A stretch of DNA of 64,000 bases from Candidatus Spongiisociaceae bacterium (GCA_965219685.1 CBDCOH010000002.1:736001-800000); one strand, 5' to 3'. Shown: positions 28,512-39,037, counted from the stretch's first letter. The notes: generated by a model not told the origin, from the sequence alone. Numbers and translations: made by a program.

Positions 28512-29270
28512 ATGGACGCCCGGGTCGAAGGCAAGGTCGCGCTGGTCACCGGCGCGTCCCGCGGTATCGGCAAGGCGATCGCGGCGGGATTCCTGGCCGC
28601 CGGAGCGCGCGGGGTCGTGATCACCAGCCGCAAGAGAGGGAACATCGAGACCGCCGCGCTCGGGCTTGACAATCCTGACCGCGTCGCACCGGTGGTCGCG
28701 AAGGCGGACACCGAGGAAGGGGCGGCCCTGGCAGTCGACGTGGCGGTCGACCGCTTCGGTGGTTGTGACATCCTGGTCAACAATGCCGGTACCAACCCGG
28801 CCTACGGGCCTCTGGTGGACGTGGATCTAGGTGCCTTGAAGCGGACGTGGGATGTGAACCTGCTCGGGCCGCTGCTGTGCACGAGGGCGGCGTGGGACCG
28901 CTGGATGAAGGATCACGGTGGGGTCGTCTGCAACAACGCCTCGGTGGGAGGTCGGCTCCCGGGACGGGGGATGGGCGCCTACAACGTCTCCAAGGCCGCC
29001 CTGATATACATGACCCGCCACCTCGCCTATGAACTGGCGCCACGGGTGCGCGTCGTCGGCGTGGCGCCAGGGGTGGTTAGAACGCGTCTATCGGAAATCC
29101 TGTGGCAGAACGAGGACAAGGCGGCTTCGCTGCATCCACTTGGAAGGATCGGCGAGCCCGTCGACATAGCCTCGGCGGTGGTGTTCCTCTGTTCCGCGCA
29201 GGCCTCCTGGATCACCGGCGCCACGCTCGACGTCGACGGCGGCATAGCCAACGCGTCAGCGTATGTTTAG
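28512..29270 (+). CDS. Short-chain dehydrogenase/reductase
   Basis: TGASRGIG, NNAG, YNVSK. Confidence 0.95.
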   Translation: MDARVEGKVALVTGASRGIGKAIAAGFLAAGARGVVITSRKRGNIETAALGLDNPDRVAPVVAKADTEEGAALAVDVAVDRFGGCDILVNNAGTNPAYGPLVDVDLGALKRTWDVNLLGPLLCTRAAWDRWMKDHGGVVCNNASVGGRLPGRGMGAYNVSKAALIYMTRHLAYELAPRVRVVGVAPGVVRTRLSEILWQNEDKAASLHPLGRIGEPVDIASAVVFLCSAQASWITGATLDVDGGIANASAYV

Positions 29271-29380
29271 TGAGTGGTGAGTGGTGAGTGGTGAGTGGTG
29301 AGTGGTGAGTGGTGAGTGGTGAGTGGTGAGTGGTGATCTTACAGCTTCACCATTCACGATTCACCATTCACGATTCACCA
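29271..29380. repeat. Two head-to-head heptamer arrays: (TGAGTGG)x9 + spacer + (CAC[C/G]ATT)x4
   Basis: 29271-29336 and 29348-29380, separated by TCTTACAGCTT. Confidence 0.97.
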
Positions 29381-30160
29381 GGCAGCCGAAGGCTGGCAAG
29401 AAGGACACCAGAAGGTGCTACGACCGCCTGCCATTGCCTTGCGGATGCGGGCGCCGCAGCGGCGACATGGTTTGCCGGCCCGTTGGTACACGTAGTGGTT
29501 CATGCCCGGGCGCCGGGATCCGGTAGTGGTGCGGGGCCGGCCTGCGTTCGCACGCAGGTGCCGGGAGGCTCTGAGCAGGATGCGCTCCAGTAGATGGTCG
29601 TCGATCTGCTCGATGGCGGTGGAGGGATGGAGTCCGAACTCGAACAGCACCTCGTTTCGGTAGACGTTCCCGACTCCGGAAGCCACCGACTGGTCCAGCA
29701 TCACCGCGGAGACGCTGGTGGCGCCGTCTAGGAGGCGGGCCCGGCTGATCGATCCGTCGATGTCCGGCGCGGCGAGGGAGAGGTCCGGGCCGAGGTTGGC
29801 GACGAAGGCCCACTCTTTGGGTGAACGGTCCACCGAGACCGACGGAGCGTCGTAGCACCGGAGCGCCCATCCGCCGGTCTCCAGCACGACCCGGGCGGGG
29901 CCGTCGCCCCGGGCTCCGGTGGGTGGTCCGAATCTCCACCGTCCGGTCATTCCGAGATGCACCCGCAGCGTCCAGCCGCCGCTGAAGTCGATCAGGAGGT
30001 GTTTGCCGACCGCTTCGACCCTGTCAACGCGCGCTCCGCGAAGCCGGTGGGCATGGCGACGGATGGATGGCGCTGTCCCGCCCAGCCGCCGCAGGGTCCT
30101 GCTCGCGACCCGCTCGCGGATCCGGTTGGCGATCCCATGCACCGTATCGCCCTCAGGCAC
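29375..30160 (-). CDS. nei: Fpg/Nei-family DNA glycosylase
   Basis: N-terminal MPEGD, GKHL, HLGMTG, GVGNVY, C-terminal CxxC...CPSCQ zinc finger. Confidence 0.93.
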   Translation of the reverse strand: MPEGDTVHGIANRIRERVASRTLRRLGGTAPSIRRHAHRLRGARVDRVEAVGKHLLIDFSGGWTLRVHLGMTGRWRFGPPTGARGDGPARVVLETGGWALRCYDAPSVSVDRSPKEWAFVANLGPDLSLAAPDIDGSISRARLLDGATSVSAVMLDQSVASGVGNVYRNEVLFEFGLHPSTAIEQIDDHLLERILLRASRHLRANAGRPRTTTGSRRPGMNHYVYQRAGKPCRRCGARIRKAMAGGRSTFWCPSCQPSAAW

Positions 30161-30170
30161 TCCCGCTCCC

Positions 30171-33100
30171 TCAGCTGCCGCGGTAGGCCAATCCCCGGAG
30201 GCTGATGGCGAAACCGCTCTGGAGGAGGAGTTGCCCGAGAGGATGGTCGCCGGCCGGCTCCCCGTCGATGGCCTCGATGTTCAGGCGCCGTTGGCGTACC
30301 CCGATCTCGGTCAGCGCACCCGCGACTGCCTCGTGAAGGTCCGGATCATGGTTGAGCAGCGCTGCCTTCCGCCCTCCCCGCTCGAGGTAGAGGAGAGGCA
30401 GTCCTTCGTGGAGGATCACGTACGCCCCGGCCGAACGGGAGGCTCGGCCCTTAGTCTGTTCCGGCCACGGGAGGAGCGATCCGTAGGGATTGGCCGGGTC
30501 GGCGGCCGCCAGTATGACCACGCCATCCGCGTGATCCTCGGCTCTCAACCGGTCGATGGCGCCCGGAAGCGCGAACTGCAGTCCTCCCATGCCCTCCACG
30601 AAGTATCCGCGCCGGATCCTTCCCGTCTCCTCCATGTGGTTGAGAACCGGATACATGGTGGTGAGGCCTCCGGGGATGCCTTCGGCTAGTGCCCCGGCCC
30701 GCGTGAGAACTCCCTGGCGTTCCAGGAGCAGGTCGGTCCAGGCCGTCGCCCAGGCAGCGTCAGTTCGGGGCGTACCCGCGAGGTCGTGTACCAGCGACCA
30801 GCGGCCCGACGCGGAGGGGGGGAGCGTGGATGGGAGATGGGGGCGCGCACGCCCGGAGCGCCGGCGCACTCTTCTCAAGCGGAGCGAGCGGAGGGGAGCG
30901 AGCGTGTCGTTGGTCAACTCACCAGACCACACCAGGTCCCAGAGCGCCTCGAGGGTTTCCTCGAGCCGCGTTCCTCCCGCGGCGGTGTGGATGTCGCGGA
31001 AGAAGGACGCCCCCCGGTCCCGTAGGTGGTCGCGGATGGAATCGTGTAGGTCCGAGTCCGGAAGTTCCTCCTCGGAAGGGCGATGAAGGACCGGAAACTG
31101 GTCCCGGAGGAAAAGGGCAACGCGCCCATCCCGAGGCCCGATCGGACCCCGTCCTATCCACACCACCTCGCCCGATGCCATCAGCTGGTCGAGCATCCCG
31201 GGTGTGTAGTCGAGGCGGGCCGTCAGCACGTCTCGCTCGAGGATCGATGCCGGCACCGAAACGCCTTGGAGAGTGCGGATCGTCTCGACGAGGGCCGCCA
31301 TGTGACGCCGACCGGTGCGGCCGACCCCCTGCCATGCCGGGAGGAAGCGCCCGAGGGCCGGCTGCTCCACGGCCTCGATCTCGCGGCGCAGCACCGCCAG
31401 GCTGCGTCTCTTCAGACGCCGCAAGACCCCGGCGTCTACCCACTCCTGGCCGTCCCCGCCGGGCCGGAACGCCCCACGGGTCAGGTTTCCCGAGTGTTGC
31501 AGTTCACTTAGCACTCCGCGTATGACGGCCGGGGGGAGTCCGAGAGCAGCCCCGGCTGCCTCGGCGGTGAAGGGGCCGTGGGTCCGTGCATAACGGCCTA
31601 CGATCTCACCAAGGGGATCCGGCGCCGGCTCCAGGAAGGCGTGGGGCGTACCGGGAGGCGGCTGGACTCCCACCGCGTCACGTAGTCTGGCTGCGTCTTC
31701 CACGGCGGCCCATACCGGTACCCCCCGGATGTGGACCCGGATGGCCCTCCGGGCCGACTTCAGGTCAGCGAGGAGAGGCCCGGCCTCGCCGGCGGAGAGG
31801 CGTGCGGCCACCGAGTCCTCGTCGAGCGGACCCAGGGATCGCAGGAGGTCGTGCACACCGTCAATTCCCTTGACCTTGCGGTGGTCGGAGAGGAACTGCA
31901 GGTCGAGTTCCACCGATGCCACCACATCTTCGTTGAGGAGTTCTCTCAGTTCTCCCTCACCGAGCAACTCGCGCAGGAGATCCCGATCGAGAGTCAGTGC
32001 CGCGGCCCGGCGTTCGGCGGGCGCCGTGTCCCCCTCGTAGAGGTACGAGGCAACGAACTCGAACAGGAGGGATGAGGAGAAGGGGCTGGCGCTGGTCGTG
32101 TCCACCTCGACCACCCTTACCTTGCGGGACCTGATGTCGCCGAGGAGGCTCTTGGACGCGGGGAGGTCGAACACGTCCTGGAGGATCTCCCGGTAGGTCT
32201 CGAGCACGATGGGGAACGAGCCGAAGCGTGTCACTATGGCCATGAGATCGGAGGCTCTGCGGCGCTGGAGCCAGAGAGGCGTCCGGCCGCCCGGCCGGCG
32301 GCGGGGGAGCAGCAGGGCGCGCGCAGCCGCTTCCCGGAACCGGGCGGCGAACACAGCCGTGCCTGCGAGTTCCTCTACCAGGATCGATTCGAGTTCCTCG
32401 GGATCGATCAGCAGGTCCTCGAGAGAGGGCAGATCGTCGGTGTCGACGAACCGGAAGGAGATGCCGTCGTCGCTCCAGATCACGTCGAGGTTGCGACCGT
32501 ATCGGTTGCGGAGACTCTGGCTGATCGCCATGGCCCAGGGAGCGTGAACGCGACCACCCATGGGGGAAAGGATGGCTATCCGCCAGTCGCCTATCTCGTC
32601 CCTGAAACGTTCCACGACCACGGTCCGGTCGGTGGGGAGCACCCCGGTGGCATCCTTCTGTTCCGAGATGAAGGCAGCCAGGTTGGTCGCCGCCCACGAG
32701 TCGAGATGATGCCGTTCCTGCAGCGTCCGGGCAGCCTCCTCCCCCTCGAGTGCGCCGACGACGCGGATGAACCGTCCGATGGCTTGGCCTGTTTCCAGAG
32801 TCCGTCCCGGACCGTCTCCTCTCCAGAACGGCATCCGTGCGGAGGGTTCCGCCGGGGCCGGAATCACCTCAACCCGGTCGGCGGTGATGTTGCTGATTCG
32901 CCAGGTGGAGGTACCGAGAATGAACACGTCGCCGGGACGGGACTCGTAGACCATCTCCTCGTCCAGTTCACCAACCCGGCTGCCGTCGGGAAGGTTCACC
33001 GTGTAGAGACCGCGGTCGGGAATCGTTCCCGGATTGGTAACCGCTAGCCGCTGGGCGCCCGACCGCGCCGAGAGGGAGTGTGTCACCCGATCCCAGACAA

Positions 33101-34568
33101 GGCGTGGTCTCAATTCACCGAACAGCTCCGACGGGTAGCGTCCCGCGAGCATGTCGAGTATCGAATCGAAAGGTCCCCGGCCGAGGTCGCGATACGGTCC
33201 CGCCCGGCGAACCAGCCGGAACAGGTCATCGACCTGCCAGTCGTCCATGGCGACGGCTGCCACGATCTGCTGGGCGAGGACATCGAGGGGGCTCTGCGGC
33301 ACGGTGGTGGGTTCGACCGCTCCGGACAGCATGAGCCCGGTGACCACGGTCGCCTCCAGTAGATCCCCCCGGAACTTCGGGAAGACCTTCGCCAGGCTCG
33401 TCGCGCCGACCTGATGGCCGGCCCGGCCCACCCTTTGGAGGCCGGAGGCGACGCTAGTGGGTGACTCGATGTGGATGACAAGGTCGACAGCGCCCATGTC
33501 GATGCCGAGTTCCAGTGTCGAAGTGGCGACGACGGCGGGGAGTTCCCCCAGTTTCAACTGGTCCTCGATCAACACGCGCTGCTCGCGGGATACAGAGCCG
33601 TGGTGTGCTCGGGCGATCTCGTCGCCCGCCAGATTGTTCAGTTCGGTACACAGCCGCTCTGCGAGCCGGCGGGAGTTGGCGAACACGATCGTCGATCGGT
33701 GGTCCCTGATCAGGTCGAGCACTCTCGGATATACCGAAGGCCAGATCGAGCGGTAGCCGGCGTCGGTGGGTTCCGAGTTGAGAGGGTCCGGTGGTGTCGG
33801 CGCCGCCATGTCCGCCACGGGCACCACGATCTCCACCTCGAGCCGCCGGTCGCTGACCACGTCGATGATCGTCACGGGCCGCGGGTTCCAGTTGGGTCCG
33901 TGGGCGACCCCGCCGCCTAGGAATTCGGCGATCACAGGTAGGGGCCGCTGGGTCGCGGACAGACCGATGCGCTGGGGAGCGATGTCGGCTACCTCTTCGA
34001 GCCGCTCGAGGGAGAGGGCCAGGTGGGAGCCGCGCTTGGTGGATGCAACCGCATGCACCTCGTCGACAATCACCCATCGGACCGGCGCAAGGATTCGCCG
34101 GGCCTGGCTCGTGAGTATCAGGTAGAGCGACTCCGGCGTGGTGATCAAGATGTCCGGGGGGTGACGTTGCATGCGCCGCCGCTCGGATGCCGGGGTGTCG
34201 CCGGTGCGGATGGCTGCGACGACTTCCGATAGAGGGGCCATCTGGTGGCGGGCGGCAGCATGGTGGATCCCTGTGAGCGGGGCCTTCAGGTTGCGTTCAA
34301 CATCGTGGGCTAGCGCTTTCATCGGCGATATGTACAGCACCCTGCAGCGATCGGCTCGCTTTGGGACGGGTTCGGTCAGCAACCGGTCGAGCGTATAGAG
34401 GAACGCCGCCAGGGTCTTTCCCGATCCCGTCGGTGCGTGGATGAGGGTGTGGGTCCCGGAGGCGATGGCCGGCCAACCCCTCGACTGTGCAGGGGTGGGT
34501 CCCGCGAACGACTCCTCGAACCAGGTGGCCGTGGCGAGAGAGAACAGGTCGGTCAAGTCGCTGAGCAT
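30171..34568 (-). CDS. lhr: Lhr-family ATP-dependent helicase (long form)
   Basis: APTGSGKT, TTPESL, DEVH, HHGS, LELGID, QRVGRAGH, DPANPYG; the N-terminal extension to 34808 is repeat-derived. Confidence 0.95.
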   Translation of the reverse strand: MLSDLTDLFSLATATWFEESFAGPTPAQSRGWPAIASGTHTLIHAPTGSGKTLAAFLYTLDRLLTEPVPKRADRCRVLYISPMKALAHDVERNLKAPLTGIHHAAARHQMAPLSEVVAAIRTGDTPASERRRMQRHPPDILITTPESLYLILTSQARRILAPVRWVIVDEVHAVASTKRGSHLALSLERLEEVADIAPQRIGLSATQRPLPVIAEFLGGGVAHGPNWNPRPVTIIDVVSDRRLEVEIVVPVADMAAPTPPDPLNSEPTDAGYRSIWPSVYPRVLDLIRDHRSTIVFANSRRLAERLCTELNNLAGDEIARAHHGSVSREQRVLIEDQLKLGELPAVVATSTLELGIDMGAVDLVIHIESPTSVASGLQRVGRAGHQVGATSLAKVFPKFRGDLLEATVVTGLMLSGAVEPTTVPQSPLDVLAQQIVAAVAMDDWQVDDLFRLVRRAGPYRDLGRGPFDSILDMLAGRYPSELFGELRPRLVWDRVTHSLSARSGAQRLAVTNPGTIPDRGLYTVNLPDGSRVGELDEEMVYESRPGDVFILGTSTWRISNITADRVEVIPAPAEPSARMPFWRGDGPGRTLETGQAIGRFIRVVGALEGEEAARTLQERHHLDSWAATNLAAFISEQKDATGVLPTDRTVVVERFRDEIGDWRIAILSPMGGRVHAPWAMAISQSLRNRYGRNLDVIWSDDGISFRFVDTDDLPSLEDLLIDPEELESILVEELAGTAVFAARFREAAARALLLPRRRPGGRTPLWLQRRRASDLMAIVTRFGSFPIVLETYREILQDVFDLPASKSLLGDIRSRKVRVVEVDTTSASPFSSSLLFEFVASYLYEGDTAPAERRAAALTLDRDLLRELLGEGELRELLNEDVVASVELDLQFLSDHRKVKGIDGVHDLLRSLGPLDEDSVAARLSAGEAGPLLADLKSARRAIRVHIRGVPVWAAVEDAARLRDAVGVQPPPGTPHAFLEPAPDPLGEIVGRYARTHGPFTAEAAGAALGLPPAVIRGVLSELQHSGNLTRGAFRPGGDGQEWVDAGVLRRLKRRSLAVLRREIEAVEQPALGRFLPAWQGVGRTGRRHMAALVETIRTLQGVSVPASILERDVLTARLDYTPGMLDQLMASGEVVWIGRGPIGPRDGRVALFLRDQFPVLHRPSEEELPDSDLHDSIRDHLRDRGASFFRDIHTAAGGTRLEETLEALWDLVWSGELTNDTLAPLRSLRLRRVRRRSGRARPHLPSTLPPSASGRWSLVHDLAGTPRTDAAWATAWTDLLLERQGVLTRAGALAEGIPGGLTTMYPVLNHMEETGRIRRGYFVEGMGGLQFALPGAIDRLRAEDHADGVVILAAADPANPYGSLLPWPEQTKGRASRSAGAYVILHEGLPLLYLERGGRKAALLNHDPDLHEAVAGALTEIGVRQRRLNIEAIDGEPAGDHPLGQLLLQSGFAISLRGLAYRGS

Positions 34569-34607
34569 CGTTGCATTGAGCGTATCGCGCGCCCGTGACA
34601 AGGTGGC

Positions 34608-34789
34608 TGGTGAGTGGTGAGTGGTGAGTGGTGAATGGTGAGTGGTGAATGGTGAATGGTGAATGGTGAAAGGTGAATGGTGAATGGTGAATGGTGAATG
34701 GTGAATGGTGAATGGTGAATGGTGAATGGTGAATGGTGAATGGTGAATGGTAGTCCGTTGTCTGTTGACCGTTGTCCGTTGTCCGTTGG
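34608..34789 (+). repeat. Composite heptamer array: 20x TGGTGAR-type, then TGGTAGT, then 5x CCGTTGT-type
   Basis: Direct reading; the 7-bp register is unbroken across the motif switch. Confidence 0.97.
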
Positions 34790-34849
34790 TCGAGCTAGGT
34801 CGTGTCACGATGAGACCAGGTGTGGTTGCCGTTCACCGGCAACCGGTTT

Positions 34850-35623
34850 CTAGCCGCGCGCGGCCGTGACTATCCGCGCGGCGCGAGCGGGGTCCACGGG
34901 GCGGTGGACATCCCCCCGCTCTTTGGTGGCTGTGCCGACGATGATGCCGTCTACCCGTCCTGCCAGTATCCCGATCTGCCGCTCGATGACCCCTGACCCC
35001 ACGAGCAGCCGTGCATCCGGGACCGCCGCCCTGACCCTGTCGACGAGTTCCGGATCGGTCGGGCGGCCGGTTGCCGGTCCCGACAGGATCAGCCCGTCGC
35101 ACATCGCCCGGTGCCACAGGTCCGCGGCGGCTTCTTCTATGCGCATCCCCGGCGGTGGGGTCGCGTGTTTCACGAAGACGTCTGCGAGAATCTCGATCTT
35201 GGGGTTGAGCGTGGCGCGCAGGCGGGCCATCTGCGCAGCTCGACCTTCGACCAAGCCCTGATCGGTGTACATCACTCCGGAGAGCACGTTGACCCTGACG
35301 AAATTGGCATCGCAGGCAGCGGCGATCGAAAGGGCGGCGACACTGTCGTTGCGGAGCACATTGACCCCGACCGGTACTCTCACCGCCGTCCGGGTGGCCG
35401 CCACCACGCGGGTCATGGATGCGACCGTGATGTCGGGGACGTCGTCGGCGAAGTAGGGAGCATCGCCGTAGTTCTCGACCAGGACCGCGTCGAAGCCTGC
35501 CCTCTCGAGAGTCGAGGCATCGTCCACGGCCCGGTCGACCACACGCGAGAGCGGGGGCTGGTAGCGAGGGGAGCCCGGGAGAGGTCCGATGTGGACCATT
35601 CCGATCAGTTGGAGGGAGGCCAT
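34850..35623 (-). CDS. BtpA/SgcQ-family TIM-barrel protein
   Basis: IGMVHIGPLPGSP, ENYGDAPY, GVNVLRND, DVFVKHA. Confidence 0.92.
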   Translation of the reverse strand: MASLQLIGMVHIGPLPGSPRYQPPLSRVVDRAVDDASTLERAGFDAVLVENYGDAPYFADDVPDITVASMTRVVAATRTAVRVPVGVNVLRNDSVAALSIAAACDANFVRVNVLSGVMYTDQGLVEGRAAQMARLRATLNPKIEILADVFVKHATPPPGMRIEEAAADLWHRAMCDGLILSGPATGRPTDPELVDRVRAAVPDARLLVGSGVIERQIGILAGRVDGIIVGTATKERGDVHRPVDPARAARIVTAARG

Positions 35624-36360
35624 CAGTAGGTGCGCATCACCTGCAAGGCTGTCTCGGCTACTTCGCCCTTGACGACCAGGTTCTCCACATCATCCGGGTG
35701 GAGGCGGTGCATCCCCACGCGGCATATCTCACCTGCGGGTCCCCGGATGATCTGGTCGGTGTCCTCGGGACCCGCGGTGTACTTCGCATACATGGGTCCT
35801 ATGCCCTCGATGCGGACCGGCTCCTCGTACTCGTAGCCGGCCTGTTCGAACGACCAGGGAAGGATCTTCTGGATAATCACGATTATGTGCCTCAGGCGAT
35901 CCGTGTCCTGCGCCTCCTCACCGACTGCGGCATGGATGTCGAGCCCGTGTGCCCATGTCTCGGCCAAACGTAGGGTGGCGAAGCTGCGCGCCGACATCTC
36001 GCTGAAGAACCAGGGCACCCGATCACGGGCCGAAGCGCGGCTTAGGGCGTCGACGACCTTCGCCCTTCCCAGGCGCCACCATTCGATCACGTCCTGGGGG
36101 CGCATATCGCGGCCGCGCTCGACGCCCGCCTCCGTGAAATCGTCAAACGTCTCGTAATCGTCGAGATCGTCGAGCATGGAGCCGTCCTCGGCGAGCGCGT
36201 TGTGCGCGTACTCCTCGGTGTGAGCGAGGTGGGAGATCGTGTCGCGGATGTCCCACTCTTCCGAAGGGGTGAGCGCGGTCCAGTTGCGCACCTTGACTCG
36301 CTGCAAGAACTGGTCGAGTTGCTGCTGCTCTGCTACCAGGTCGGAGAGTATCTCGCGCAC
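35623..36360 (-). CDS. Mycothiol-dependent maleylpyruvate isomerase family metalloprotein
   Basis: TPSEEWDIRDTISHLA, RLAETWAHGLDI; TAGACT 7 nt before GTG 36360. Confidence 0.85.
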   Translation of the reverse strand: MREILSDLVAEQQQLDQFLQRVKVRNWTALTPSEEWDIRDTISHLAHTEEYAHNALAEDGSMLDDLDDYETFDDFTEAGVERGRDMRPQDVIEWWRLGRAKVVDALSRASARDRVPWFFSEMSARSFATLRLAETWAHGLDIHAAVGEEAQDTDRLRHIIVIIQKILPWSFEQAGYEYEEPVRIEGIGPMYAKYTAGPEDTDQIIRGPAGEICRVGMHRLHPDDVENLVVKGEVAETALQVMRTY

Positions 36361-36448
36361 CCGCACAAGTCTACTATGTCGCGCCGGCCCCGAAGTCGTG
36401 TCCTGCCGGGCCGCCCAGGCTTCCGCCGGTGGCCTTTCCGCTGGGAGG

Positions 36449-37522
36449 TCAGCGGGTGAGGGGTCGGGGTAGCGGGCCCTCGAAACCGGGCGTACTGTAG
36501 GCGAAGCCGTTGAGACGGTTGATGAGGTTTCGCAGGCGCCCGTTCTTGCGCCGGTCGAAAGCCAGGCCCACCCTCGTGCAATCCAGGGCATCGTCGTCCC
36601 GTATCTCGGCGGGGGCGGCAGGGACGATCTCGATCCTTCCCTCGGTCACGATGTCGATGAACTCCTCGTTGATTGCCTCGATTTGACCGTGGGTCGGCGA
36701 ATGCCGCAGCCGGAGGATCAGGCGCCCTTCCACGTACCTCTGTGAGTGGTAGTTCACGTAGAAGCGGCATATTTCATCCGCCGCCTCCTCGACCGAACCG
36801 GTGATCCGGTACAGGGAGGGGTCTTCGGGGCTGATCATCCCGTTGGCCAGCAGCCGCTCCTCCACGAACCTCCGCCACCCGGGCCAGTACGAGTGGCCGG
36901 ACTCCATGAGCACCACCGGCTGGACCGGCGCCTTTCCGGTCTGGATCAGGGTCAGTAACTCGAAGGCCTCGTCCATCGTTCCGAACCCGCCGGGGAAGAT
37001 GGCGAACGCGTGGGACTCCTTGACGAACCCGAGCTTGCGGGTGAAGAAGTACTTGAAGTTTATGAGGCGGCGTTCCGGAACGTAGGGGTTGGCATGGGCC
37101 TCGAACGGGAGCCGTATGTTGACGCCGAACGATCCTTCGCTGCCGGCCCCACGGTTGCCGGCCTCCATGATTCCACCACCCGCACCCGTGACCACCATCC
37201 ATCCTCGTCGGCGCCACATGTGGTCGGCGAAGCGCTGGGCGAGGCGGTAGTCGGCATGGTGCCGCGGTGTCCTGGCCGAACCGAAGATCGTGACCTTCGG
37301 GATGTTGCCGTAGGACCGGAACACGCGGGCGGAGTACCGCATCTCCTTCAGGGCGCTGTTGAAGAGTTTCAACTCTCCCCGGTCGGGTTTGTCGCGGTGC
37401 AGCTTGAGGGCGGTGGTCATCAACTCTGCGATCAGGTCCGCGTTGCCACCGTCCCCGGTCCGTCTGATCAACTCTTCGATTCCCCGGTCGAGGTCCCGGT
37501 CTCCCATCGCGTATCCACCCAT
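36449..37522 (-). CDS. LOG-family protein (long form)
   Basis: IFGSAR, TGAGGGIMEAGN, YFFTRK, PGGFGTMDE. Confidence 0.9.
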   Translation of the reverse strand: MGGYAMGDRDLDRGIEELIRRTGDGGNADLIAELMTTALKLHRDKPDRGELKLFNSALKEMRYSARVFRSYGNIPKVTIFGSARTPRHHADYRLAQRFADHMWRRRGWMVVTGAGGGIMEAGNRGAGSEGSFGVNIRLPFEAHANPYVPERRLINFKYFFTRKLGFVKESHAFAIFPGGFGTMDEAFELLTLIQTGKAPVQPVVLMESGHSYWPGWRRFVEERLLANGMISPEDPSLYRITGSVEEAADEICRFYVNYHSQRYVEGRLILRLRHSPTHGQIEAINEEFIDIVTEGRIEIVPAAPAEIRDDDALDCTRVGLAFDRRKNGRLRNLINRLNGFAYSTPGFEGPLPRPLTR

Positions 37523-37647
37523 GTTCGTTAGGGTAACCGGGTGGCGCATTCAGTTGGTCGAGTGAGGAGATCCGAGCGGCAACCGGCGGCGAGCGCGGGC
37601 TACCGCGGAGACATCCCCGCCATCGACCCCGATCCCACCGCTGACCC

Positions 37648-38976
37648 ATGATCGATGCGACGCATCGTTTGGGAAGCCCGCGCACCGAGAGCCGGATCGG
37701 ACCCGGCCGGATGGGATCACGGGAGTACCGGCGGGCCGTGGCGAACAACCGGCATTCGGTCGGATTGCCCGCCGAGACCCGCGCTGAGATCGAAGCCGCG
37801 GGCATCGTCCTTCCTGACCCGGATGCGGTGAGGCGTTACCGGCTTCAACGGGTGCGGGATCGTCTCAGCGACCTTGACTATGCAGGGATTATCCTCTACG
37901 ACCCCGTACATATCCGCTACGCGTGCGATACGACCAACATGACCCTGTGGTCCGCGCACAACCCTTGCCGTTACCTCTGGGTGGGCGCGGAGGGGCCCAT
38001 GATTCTCTTCGACTTCTCGGAGACTGCCTTCCTCGCAGGCCATAACCCCTTGGTGGACGAGGTCCGGCCGGCTACCCAATGGATGTACGAGCTCTCGGGG
38101 ATCGAGATGGAATGCCGTCTCCGTAGATGGTCTTCGGAGTTGGCGTCCCTGGTGGGGGAATACGGGTCCGGCAACCGGCGGGTGGCCATTGACCGAGCCG
38201 GCCCAGGTGCCATCCATGCTCTGGACCGGCGGGGACTCCAACTCCGTAGCGGGGGCGAGGTCATGGAGGTGGCTCGCTCGGTGAAGAGCCCGGAGGAGGT
38301 GACGTTGATGCGAGCCGCGCTGGTGGCCGCCGAGAAGTCCCTGGAGGCGATGAGGGCTTCACTCAAGCCCGGCATGACCGAGTTGGATCTGTGGGCAGTG
38401 CTCCATTCGGAGAACATCCGCCGCGGAGGTGAGTGGATCGAGAACCGTTTCCTCTGTTCCGGTCCGCGTACCAACCCCTGGTTCCACGAGGCCGCCGGGC
38501 GGGTCATCGAAGACGGGGATCTGGTGGCGTTCGACACCGACCTGATAGGCATCTTCGGGATGTGCGTCGACATCTCGCGCACGTGGATCGCAGGCTCGCG
38601 GCGTCCCAATGCCAACCAGCAGGATGTCTTTGCCCGGGCCGAGGAGACGATCCGGCGCAACATCGAGATGGTTCGCCCTGGTGTCACGTTCCGAGAGCTC
38701 ACATTCGATTCCTGGTCTCCCGATGTCGACGAGTTCCACCAGTACTCGAACCAGTACCACGGCGTGGGTATGGCCGACGAATGGCCGATGATCGTGTTTC
38801 CTCACACCTGGGACGAGGCCGGTTATGACGGTGTGATCGAGCCCGGAATGGTGCTCTGTGTTGAGTCCTTCGTGGCCAGGCGGGGTTGGGGAGAGGGGGT
38901 CAAGCTGGAGGAACAGGTGCTGGTGACCGAGCACGGTCACGAGCTTCTGTCCGGCTATCCGATAGGCCTCCGATGA
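37648..38976 (+). CDS. M24-family metalloenzyme, DddP (DMSP lyase)-like, copy 1
   Basis: DPVHIRYACDTTNMTLWSAHNP, ENIRRGGEWIE, SGPRTNPWF, FDTD...DISR, HGVGMADEWP, LCVE, KLEEQV. Confidence 0.8.
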   Translation: MIDATHRLGSPRTESRIGPGRMGSREYRRAVANNRHSVGLPAETRAEIEAAGIVLPDPDAVRRYRLQRVRDRLSDLDYAGIILYDPVHIRYACDTTNMTLWSAHNPCRYLWVGAEGPMILFDFSETAFLAGHNPLVDEVRPATQWMYELSGIEMECRLRRWSSELASLVGEYGSGNRRVAIDRAGPGAIHALDRRGLQLRSGGEVMEVARSVKSPEEVTLMRAALVAAEKSLEAMRASLKPGMTELDLWAVLHSENIRRGGEWIENRFLCSGPRTNPWFHEAAGRVIEDGDLVAFDTDLIGIFGMCVDISRTWIAGSRRPNANQQDVFARAEETIRRNIEMVRPGVTFRELTFDSWSPDVDEFHQYSNQYHGVGMADEWPMIVFPHTWDEAGYDGVIEPGMVLCVESFVARRGWGEGVKLEEQVLVTEHGHELLSGYPIGLR

Positions 38977-39037
38977 CCGCAACTCTTGGGTTCGAAGGGA
39001 CGGCTATCTGCGTCGAGGCTGGCGACCGCGACCCCCG

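Noticed and set aside
29375-34568. lhr-nei linkage as a novel repair system
   Set aside because: Already a known actinobacterial gene pair.
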